NCBI GenBank assembly: GCA_951406725.2
Contig: OX597815.1
Span: forward strand, 197,098,001-197,162,000
Direction of reading: 5' to 3'
DNA: 64,000 bases
DNA from: Octopus vulgaris
Lineage: Eukaryota
Position 1 is the first letter of the stretch, and the number at the start of each line of letters is the position of its first letter. Positions 53,293 through 64,000 of the stretch are shown piece after piece. The notes beneath the pieces were generated by a model that searched no databases, was not told the DNA's origin, and saw only the letters and a program-made list of their open reading frames with translations. The position numbers and the translations under genes were made by a program.

Positions 53293-56134
53293 TTGAAACT
53301 ATTATAAATTATGACATTTGACAATCCTGGTGGCTTAAATATTTACTTAGGAAACTAAAGTCGACTGGTCTGCTTGTAAGTCTATGCTCGTTTCTAAATT
53401 TTAATTAGAGATTATAAATGTCGGAAATTCACGACGAGACTTCACGTGTTCGATCAAATGAATTCTCTCTGCTCTTGAATTAAGTTGTGACTACAGATTT
53501 CACAGACGCGTGTACACTTAATGCAATTCTAAGTCAGAATCAGTATGACGTATTTTGTGATAAGTGTGTACTTTTTGATTTACAGGTACAATCCAACCGA
53601 AAAGATTCTATACAGTTGTCTCCGATCCATCTTCGCTCTCAAAATTATCTGTCGAAGATAGGTTATTAGGGACCTCTGCTCAAGACAACGCGTTGTAAGA
53701 AAGAACCGGGACCCAGTTGTTTGTGAATCTAATTCATGAAACATTCCTCCATTCTAAGCTTATTGTATGATTATAGTATTTCTTCCAATGTTAGAGGTAC
53801 GAAGATTATATATTTTGACCATCCGTGAAATAATGGCATCTTTGTTATATTTATCTTTATTAAATAAGTATCTGTTAGATGTTTTGCCGATTTAATCTAC
53901 TCTTCCTTTTCACTTAATTTTCCGACTTCATTCTTGGTTAGAAAGCAATATTTTTACTGAGAGAAATACAATCCAGCGGTAGGACATCCACATGTATTGT
54001 GTCCTTTCGTTATCTAATATGTCATCCTATGATTTGTGAGAACTTCTGCTGCCGTTTCTAGTCGGTCGTGCAACTATGCAGAATTATTCTCTTGCAGGCG
54101 CCCTTATAGGCATTGTTTAGGTTCTGTCCAGCAGGCGCTCGATAATCAATCATTGCTTAAGATTTTGTTTTGTTTATTTCTCACAGTATCATTTAAATAA
54201 GAATGTAAGGTGTGATTTACGGAGTTCTTCATTTCTAAAAGAATTTAAACATATTTCAAATAGGAATTTTAGTATCAATATTTCCGTATCAATATATAAA
54301 AAATAAAGATGACTTTTAATTCAGAGAAATTTGTGGTTTCGTTGCTTCAGTAATTGTTTTACTGTAAATATCTATTTTACATTGGTTATTACGGATCAAA
54401 GGTGTCTTCTTTCCTTTTCACCAAAGTATTCTGCATTGTGTACTTTCGTATCTGTTTGTTATTCACATAAAAATACCGATATTGTATGCAATCACACCTA
54501 ACACCTAAAGCTCTCTGAACAAATTGTATATATGTACTTGTAACCTGTAATATTTTTCTTTGTTAAATATTTTCAGTAAATATGGAAACAAAAATAAATG
54601 ACTTTTAATATAAGTGATATCAAAATAAATACATAATGAAATCATTTAAATAATGTCTTTTAACTACGCCGAACTCAACAACTAAAACTCTTCAATGAAT
54701 GTTTACAAAAATAAATTTTTGAAATAATTCGGTAAAATTTATGACCAAAAATGAATTGAATATATATAGTAAAATAGCTTAAACCAAAATTATACAAATA
54801 TGAAATGAAAACGCAAAAATTATCCAAGTAACATTGAAAATAACTGAGATGAAAAGTTATTTTAAAATGAAAGGAAAACCAGTATATTTGCTCAATAACA
54901 ACTAAATAACTGTACGGAAGATTAAAATAGTTTTATTATTTTATGAAAAGAAAGGGAAAAATACTACTGAAATTATTTTAAAACCAAAAAAAGAAAAAAA
55001 GAAAAAGAAAATGTTGCAAGACAAGGAAATGTGCAAGTACAGCCCTTCACTTCTGCCTTACCTTTATCTCGTGACACAAGGATTTTCGCTTATCGAAAAC
55101 ATAATTGATCACTCGTAATTTGGGGTCTCTCATTTCTGTTTTACGGAAAAATTTAAGAATTTTAAACTACACATTCTTCTCAGCTAAAGAGCATTTAAGC
55201 TAAGATGGAATTAGTTAAAAATTTGAAAAATTATAATTGTGATACATACATATGTGTGTGCGAATGTGTTTGGATGAGCGGAGGGCAAATGTTTGTGCAT
55301 GCATCACAGTAAACACGGAATGTGTCGTAAAAAAATTCAACCGTCAACATTTGTGTGAATATCCATGTATCTATCTACCTACCCATTTACATCAAACTTC
55401 AGGACTACTGTCTTTAATCAAAATCAATACAGCTAGTATCAAAGCGAACATCAATGCAACTACTACCATTAACAATCCATAAACTCTTTAATTACCAACA
55501 CTATTGCAACAACAACAAAGACAAGATAAGCAACTCTATGTAAGATGGGAAACAATCACTCGAGATAATGTGGTGCCCTAGTGTATCTTAAATGTTGAAT
55601 AACCTGTCATTGATCTTAGTTTAATGATACCTCACTGGAAACTAAATAGCGTCATCAATGGAATTAACTAGAACATGACCAACAACAACAATATCCTCAC
55701 GAGCATCAGCACGAAAACTAATACAACCACCATCTTCACTAGCAATTCACCATATGTTAACTGAATAATTGACAGCAAAAATAATAGTATCATCATAATA
55801 GCATGCCTGTAGCTACATATGTTCTATATCAACAGAACAATGTGTGTGTATGTATGCGTGTGTAGTTTAGTGTAAATGTTTTATGACTTAAGTTAGTGGC
55901 GTTATGGGTGATGTACTCATGAACTTAATAGTTCTGCAAGTAAATACTTCTAAGCAGCTCAATTCTTCTCGATTTTATCTTCTTATTTGCTTTTATAGCA
56001 ATAAGAAATCAGTTTTTTGCTTCTAGAAATCACTTCTTTCCTGGTGGTAGCACTTACTACGTATTTGTTGTGGATAATTGTTGACCGTGGCCACTGTTGT
56101 ATTTATCTAGTATTTGAGTACCTTCAAAGAAGCA

Positions 56135-57359
56135 ATGAAGTGGAAATAGCGTTTGCAGAGCGAAAAGGAATCGTAAAAGGATTACGTTAGTATTAAACGT
56201 GATGCATTATGCAAAAGAAAAAAATATCAACCACATTGCCAAAATATCGAAGATAGCAGCATCTACAATGAGAACAATACGAGAGTGTGAGAATGAAATT
56301 AAGTGTTGAAGAGGTTGCTCTGTTCAATTTTCGGCCTTTAGTTTAATACATCTTCTGGAATACGTAGAATAGAACGACACTTCGGTGTATAGATCAGTCA
56401 TGAACCACAAGGCATTGTACAGACAAGCGCGATAGTATTTTTGTTTTAAAGCCTGAAGTTTTGTATGGCGATTTTGAGATAAAGGGTGGTAGATCTTCTA
56501 ATGAAGGTACTTTCTGCTTAGTAAAGCGTGAAATGTTTAAGAAAGACTCGAATTTGCATGACACAAAAGGACTGGCAAAGCTTCTATAGCTAATACAAGG
56601 CTTCTACTAATAATTCCTAGTAACTTGGTTGTTGGGGATTATACACCAGAGTAAGTAAACAGTCTTCGTGAATCTGTTTTTTTTTCCAGAAGCACATGCA
56701 TACCGGGGTTTTCGAGAAAAAAAATCAAAACCCGATTTAAACATTCTAACGTTTCTCCTGGAAGGAAATACCGTTGGTGATAGGAAATTGAATGCAACTA
56801 TTGGTGTATCACTTTCAAGGGTTACACAAAGATTAATTTACCTCTGATTTGAGTGTTTTACAAACATTGTTTGACCTGCTATATAAAAAGTCAATGCCGC
56901 ACGTAAGATCCATCAAAGTATTTTTCATATTACTTCCATTAACAACCCATGTGGGGCAGATGTTTTCTAGAATGCAACTTCTTTTCTCCTACCAATAGAT
57001 CAAAATGTAATAGCTAAGTTGAAAGTATATTATCTAAGAACTTTCAAACAGTTTATGACTGAGGATAAACCTATAGTAAGAAACTTCTAGTAACCTATAG
57101 TTAGAAACTTCTAGTAGAAGTTCCACATAACAAGTGCTATAGATAACATCCCATGATTAAGTAATATCCTCAACTATAAATGCTGTATGGAAAATATATG
57201 GTCGGAGTGTATTCTTAACTTTGTAAGTTTTCTACAATTCGAAAGGATATTGTTACAGAAATAATGCCGGGTTTTGAAGAAATCATACGAGATAATGTGG
57301 TTGAATTACTAGTATCTCTGACTGATTGTTTATCTAACGAGGATGCGATATTGTTAGAA

Positions 57360-57420
<61 letters not shown>

Positions 57421-57429
57421 GTAATAATA

Positions 57430-57514
<85 letters not shown>

Positions 57515-57760
57515 AAGGCACACAGAGCTGTGCTCGGTAGTGAAGTGAAAGCACGCTATAAAAATAAAACTACTGAATAATGATAATAATAATAAAGGTA
57601 AGTATATAAAAATTCCATTTACTCCGTTTAAACTTACTCTAGACAATATGGATAAGGGTTGGAATTTGTAGAGAAGGTCTTTGCAATGAACAACCTTAAT
57701 TGTAAATGTAACATAAGAGATGCAAGAAGGGTTCACTACGATCTTTGTCCCTACACTCAA
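56135..57760 (+). mobile_element. Heavily decayed Tigger/pogo transposase remnant, interrupted by (AAT)n and a retroelement end
   Basis: Fragments resembling YTPEQV, LTFLL-GN--GD-KL, DQNVIAKLKVYYLR and PGFEEI--DNVVELL. Confidence 0.6.
57361..57595 (+). repeat. (AAT)n tract with an embedded retroelement 3' end (57513-57582)
   Basis: caaggcacacagagctgtgctcggtagtgaagtgaaagcacgctataaaaataaaactactgaataat, shared with 45322-45395. Confidence 0.85.
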
Positions 57761-58239
57761 CTAGATTTTGATGAAGACGAAATCTGACACAGAAGATAGT
57801 GTCCACCATTCACGAAGTAACTCAGAGTGTTGTCAAAACGTTTTTATGTATTATAATGTTACGAATTCATCGTCACGGTGATGGGTTTGATACGAATGAT
57901 CAGCAAACAACGATGAATTCTATGTTCGTGGCTGAATAAAATAGTAGCCTGTAGGTACAGGCATCTTCTGATACAATGACTTCATTCATAGATTTACGTG
58001 TTTCCATACACGTTGTCTCAGAGGAGAAGTTTCTCCCGAAACTGTCTAAGCTGCGAAGAGTTTTTCCCATGTTCGAATGTAGACAAACGTGTTAAATATC
58101 AATGTCCATATGAATATTTTATTCAAAGCCGCTTCGTATCACTATGCCTAGTTGGTTCCATGTATGTATGTATGTATGTATGTATGTATGTATGCATGTA
58201 TGCATGCATGCATGCATGTATGCATGTATGTGTTTTTTC

Positions 58240-58312
58240 TTTTATTCTTTTACTTGTTTCAGTCATTTGGCTGCGACCATGCTGGGGCACCACTTTTTAG
58301 TCGAGCCCCAGG
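58240..58312 (-). mobile_element. SINE family B 3' fragment
   Basis: ttttacttgtttcagtcatttggctgcgaccatgctggggcacc. Confidence 0.8.
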
Positions 58313-58461
58313 ACTCCCCGACCAACGACTTGAAGGATATTGTGACCAAACAGAATATATTTACTATCAGAGTATATGAATGCGAAAGAGATAGTTGAAT
58401 AACTTTAAACCTACTTTTGGGCCACCCTGTATATCTATATATATCTATATCTATCTATCTA

Positions 58462-58560
<99 letters not shown>

Positions 58561-58582
58561 CTAATATATATATATATATATA

Positions 58583-58753
58583 CCGGAGTAAACACATAAA
58601 TGTGAAACAAGGTAGAAAAAAGAATACTCAAATACCAGTGGTAGAGTAATATGCTTTATTTAAAGCAGCAGAAAATTCAACAAAACCTGTTACTCTGAGT
58701 TTCCCGTTACCAGAGTAACAGGTTTTGTTGAATTTTCTGCTGCTTTAAATAAA

Positions 58754-58754
<1 letters not shown>
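58583..58754. repeat. Short insert in (TA)n ending in a perfect 44-bp inverted repeat
   Basis: Arms 58654-58697 and 58711-58754, 13-nt spacer. Confidence 0.9.
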
Positions 58755-58822
<68 letters not shown>

Positions 58823-59024
58823 TATATGCGTGTGCGGCTTTGTGTTTGTGGGCTTTTCCCAGCCGTTTGGCTACTGGACTACTCAAGTCGACTTGTCCAA
58901 CTCAAATAACTTCAAGATGATGCACCAGCATGGTCGCAGTGCAGTGAATGAATCAAATATGTGCGTGCGCACGCACCTGCACATACACACACCCATACAT
59001 ATATGCACGCGCTCTTTTATACAC

Positions 59025-59254
59025 ATTTCTTTATTCCCACAAGGGGTTAAATATTGAGGGGAAAAACAAGGACAGACAAACGGATTAAGTCGATTATATC
59101 GACCCCAGTGCTTGACTGGTACTTATTTAATTGACCCCGAAAAGATGAAAGGTAAAGCCGACCTCGGCGGAAATTGAACTCAGAACATAGCGGCAGACGA
59201 AATACATCTAAGCATTTCGCCCGGCGTACTAACATTTCTGCCAGCTCGCCGCCT
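59025..59254 (-). mobile_element. SINE family A
   Basis: Reverse complement of 42219-42452. Confidence 0.9.
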
Positions 59255-60118
59255 TCTATATACGTGTGTCTGTATATATACGTGCGCCCTTTTATATACG
59301 TGTGTGTCTGTAGGTGTGCGTGCACGTCTCTGTGTAAGCGTGTGTGTCTCTCTGTGTTGGTCTTAATTATTCTCAGATATTTCAGTGATTTCTTTGGGAA
59401 AAGTGTCTTGTCTTCTGTAGACATTCATCGATTAAGAAATGTTGAAAAATTTTCAGCGACATATAACGTATATAACTATCAACACAAATATCTCAACTGA
59501 TCGGAAATGAAATCTTCTGTTATTAGATGATATATTATATATGATTTCGAAAAGTAAGGTGTAAGCAATGATTAGATTTTTAATAATAGTTTAGCTTCAA
59601 GAAGTTGAGATACAGAAATAGATAAAGGCGTGACGGATGCGAATGGTTATTGAAAATACTCCAAATCTCCTATGCATATATCTACTATATTGGTCTCAGT
59701 TCCCAATAATTTCATATTAAGAATTAACATTTTATCAAGAACACTTATTATTATATGCCAGATTCGTTCATTTAACAATACTAATACATAATTTTCGCAC
59801 AATGACATATATTTAGTTGAAATTTTGTGTGGCTTTCTAGCAGCAACTCCTAGTAATTATACACAATGACAAATACAAACATAGGTATCTATATATACAT
59901 ATGTTGCATGAGACAGAAATAGTGTCCATCTATCTATGTCTACCTGTCCGCCTGCCTGCCTGCCTGTCTGTCTGTCTGCCTGTCTATCTGTCTGTCTGCC
60001 CGTCTGTTGATTGTTGTCTATATGTCTATCCATTTATCAGCACACACACGCATTCGTGCATATATGTGTGTGTATGAATATGTCCGTGTGTATGTATGTA
60101 TACACTCGCATGCACACA

Positions 60119-60282
60119 GGCGTAGGAGTGGCTGTGTGGTAAGTAGCTTTCTTATGAACCATATGGTTACGGGTTCATTCCCACGGCGTGGCGCCTTGGG
60201 CAAGTGACTTCTACTATATAGTCTCGGGCAGACCAAAGCCTTGTGAGTGAATTTGGTAGATGGAAACTGATTGAAGCCTGTC

Positions 60283-60330
<48 letters not shown>

Positions 60331-60344
60331 GACGGGTTTCATAC

Positions 60345-60377
<33 letters not shown>

Positions 60378-60595
60378 CGTTTGTGTGTTTGTGTTTGTCC
60401 CCCCAACATCACTTGACAACCGATGCTGGTGTGTTTACGTCCCCGTAACTTAGCGGTTCGGCAAAATAGAACCAATAGACTAAGTACTAGGCTTACAAAG
60501 AATAAGTCCCGGGGTCGATTTACTCAACTAAAGGCAGTGCTCCAGCATGGCCACAGTCAAATGATTGAAACAAGTAAAGAAAGAATAAAAGAAAG
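60119..60595 (+). mobile_element. SINE family B, full length
   Basis: Head, internal (TA)n and tail as in the other copies. Confidence 0.92.
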
Positions 60596-60902
60596 AAACA
60601 TGTATGAACAGAGGGAGCTAGGGGACAAAGAGACCTTTTTGGTTTCATGTAATTGACTTTTCTTAAAGTACTCGAAACACGATAGAAGTTGCAATCGCAC
60701 AAAGTAAAGCATTGCACTTTAGCGTAATCTATCAGCCTCTCATGTACACATCTATCATGTAAACATATACTCACGTACACATATGTACACTTATACTTGT
60801 GTATAGGGATATATACTGTTAAGTGTTTCTTCACTGATGAATGAAATGTCAAAAGGAGCAAGAAAATGTACGCTGAATGTTCTAAAGCATTTATGGTAAA
60901 AT

Positions 60903-61692
60903 TTATTCCTTTCTACTCTAGGCACAAGGCCCTAAATTCTGGAGGAGGGGACTAGTCGATTAGATCGACCCCAGTACGTAACTGGTATTTAATTTATCGA
61001 CTCCGAAAAGATGAAAGGCAAAGTTAACCTCAGCGGAATTTGATCTCAGAACGTAAATACAGACGAAATATTGCAAAGCATTTTGCCCAGCGTGTTAACG
61101 TTTCTGCCAGCTCGCCACCTTATAGTAACGTTTATTTTTTTCTCTACTCTAGGCACGAGGCCCGTAATTTTTGGGAAGGGGGTCAGTAGAGTAGATCGAC
61201 CCCAGTACGCAACTGGTACTTAATTTATCAACTCCAAAAGGATGAAAGGCACTGTCGACCTCGGCGGAATTTGAACTTAGAACGTAGCAGCAGACGAAAT
61301 ACCTATTTCTTTACTACCCACAAGGGAATAAATACAGAGAGGCCAAACAAGAATAGACAAACGGATTAAGTCGATTACATCGACCCCAGTGCGTAACTGG
61401 TACTTATTTAATCGACCCCGAAAGGATGAAAGGCAAATTAGACCTCGGCGGAATTTGAACTCAGAACGTACCGGCAGACGAAATACCTATTTCTATTTCG
61501 TTACTACTAACAAGGGCCGAAACACAGAGAGGATAAACAAGGACAGACAAACGGATTAAGTCGATTATATCGACCTCGAAAGGATCAAAGGCAAATTCGA
61601 CCTCGGCGGAATTTGAACTCAGAACGTAACGGCAGACGAAATACTGGTAAGAATTTCGCCCGGCGTGCTAACGTTTCTGCCAGCTCGCCGCT
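60903..61692 (-). mobile_element. Tandem SINE family A cluster (one monomer plus a three-unit multimer)
   Basis: Repeated gacctcggcggaatttgaactcagaacgta units. Internal junction gacgaaatacctatttc at ~61293 and ~61478. Confidence 0.9.
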
Positions 61693-62189
61693 TTATGGTA
61701 ACATTTACTACTAGCTTTACTAACCAATAAACTACACACTACCCCTACCCATTCCTTGTAATTGTTTCCGACTAATAGCAGCCGCCAGCTACTGATTCGT
61801 TCACCAATCAGTTGTCAAATCACCTTGTATCATTGAATAGTAACTAACATATCGATACAGTAGCATTATTTAACAGGAAGATATGCTATGCTTTTATGAA
61901 ACAACTTTACAAGTAGAGAAGATTTATACAAAGTTTAAACGCTTAGAGACACGCATTTCAAATGAGTGAATAAGTTCGTTACAGTGTATGTTAGAAACTG
62001 AAGACAATATACATAATTTGAAATTATATACTTCAAAATTCTAATAGGTTCAGGAATTAAATTAATATATACATACATACATTTATATATATTCACACAC
62101 ATACACGCTAGCGCGCACATGCATTTTCTACCTACCTATCTATGTATCTATGTGTATATGTATGTATGTATCTATGTATATATGTATAT

Positions 62190-62190
62190 T

Positions 62191-62257
<67 letters not shown>

Positions 62258-62270
62258 GTCTATCTGTCTG

Positions 62271-62347
<77 letters not shown>

Positions 62348-62357
62348 TTATCTATCC

Positions 62358-62416
<59 letters not shown>

Positions 62417-62424
62417 CATCTATC
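62190..62424. repeat. (TATC)n microsatellite
   Basis: Directly visible. Confidence 0.95.
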
Positions 62425-64000
62425 AATAATTATTCTATAAAGTCAAAACAATGGAACTTATAAGAAATAATACAAGTCTATGGTTTGTGCTTTTACTGTG
62501 TATTTCAGTATTTTTGAGATAAGAAGTACTTGTTCAGAAAACTTTTGGGGGAAGATGTGTGGTAATCTAACTCCTCTGTTCTGTAGCGTACGTATATGAA
62601 AGGTTGTTTCGCGTGAGCAGGATAGTGCTGATATATTAACCATTCAACTGCCTAGAAGATCGGTTTTGCTGTTAGTGCTTGAGTTGATCTTTTTAATTAA
62701 GATGACTTTTTTCTCTTATCAAATTACCAATGTTACTTTCTGTAGATTCAATGGAAACGTGGATGTCATGCGTATAGCATCAACGTCGTAGTTTTTGGGC
62801 GGAAGAAGCATTAGCATAGATTTAGTCTTTATCACGTATATATACTTGTCTTATGGTACTTCCGATGTGGTACATTGGTGGATACAGGAAATCATATAAT
62901 TTTGTATTGAGTACTTATATGAATAAATGCTTTCTGAGTTCTATACTGTGTATAATATACGCGCACACACACATACGCACACACTTACTTCTTTATATGG
63001 GTCGGATTGTGTGTGTGAAAATGACTTGTGTATTTGGAAGACGTTATTTGATTAAGAAATGTTACTTCTAAATTTTGGGATGAAATATATAATGAACACT
63101 AAATTTATGAATATAAACATCTGTCAACTGATCGGAAATAAGAAGCCATTTTGTTTGTAAGTATAGAAAGGTGTAAGCGATGATTAAATTTTTCATGGCA
63201 CTTTATCTTGAGGAACTTAAGATTAAGATATAGATAAAGCCTTGCTCTATGGCAATCATTATTGATAAAATAGCATTTCCATTATACATATACTTATATT
63301 CTTCTATGTACCCAATAATTTTATAGCAATAATAGCACTTCTATCATGAATATTATATTCAACACTGTTTCATATAGCATTACAGATATATAATTTGCTC
63401 ACAACAAAACGTAGTGAGAGATTTATGCTGATATATTTTACTGAAGACTCCTATTTAAGAAGTAGACGTAAAAATACGTACATATATATGTATGAAATGT
63501 GCTTGCGTGTGTATATGGAAAAGCGTGTGAGTGGGTGTGAGTGCGTGTGTATGTGTTTAAGTTCGTGTATTCCATGTGCGCCCGAAAATTTGCAAAAACA
63601 TTGGCATACACTTTACATTATAAGAATTATAAGAATTTACTTATATTTGTATGTCTGTATATCCCATCCCATTCTCTCTTCATATATATATATATTTATA
63701 TGTTATGTACACCCACCCACACATATACACATATATGCGTGTGTGTGCGCGTATATATATATATACTTATATACGATGTGATTTGAGTTTATGGAAAGAG
63801 ATCCCATACAACTCAACAATTTAGCTAAAATTAGTTAAATACAAATTCCTGTTTGAATTGAATTAAATTAAATTAAATTAATCAATTTAGTTAATTATAT
63901 CTAATGCCTAACTGGACTCACATCTCTCTTTATCATAACGATAGATATGAAAATCCAAGATTTTATTCTGACATTGAATCAGGAATTTCCATTATTTTTA

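Noticed and set aside
60903-61692. Repeat-spacer look resembling a CRISPR array
   Set aside because: The units are ~140-230-bp SINE copies in eukaryotic DNA, with no unique spacers or cas genes.

Overview
AT-rich, microsatellite-saturated eukaryotic DNA with no intact host gene that I can support. The tRNA-headed SINE families look like those of Octopus (recognised from memory, not verified by a search). The window is a transposon graveyard: four SINE families, RTE-, CR1- and R4/Dong-like LINE fragments, a deleted Gypsy-type LTR element, mariner and Tigger/pogo remnants and MITEs, two non-autonomous Helitrons and an internally deleted piggyBac with intact ends. Nearly all ORFs in the track are microsatellite or SINE artefacts. 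The most interesting signal is a family of short non-coding elements next to (TA)n tracts. Seven copies carry a minimal type-I hammerhead-ribozyme-like motif (C[T/C]GNNGA-A-GAGC-loop-GCTC-GAAAC-GTH) with a loopless palindromic stem III, as in Penelope-like elements and retrozymes. Other signals are many fold-back palindromes (arms up to ~178 bp), SINE multimers with a fixed junction, a pair of diverged paralogous non-coding blocks, and weak candidate exons on the minus strand.
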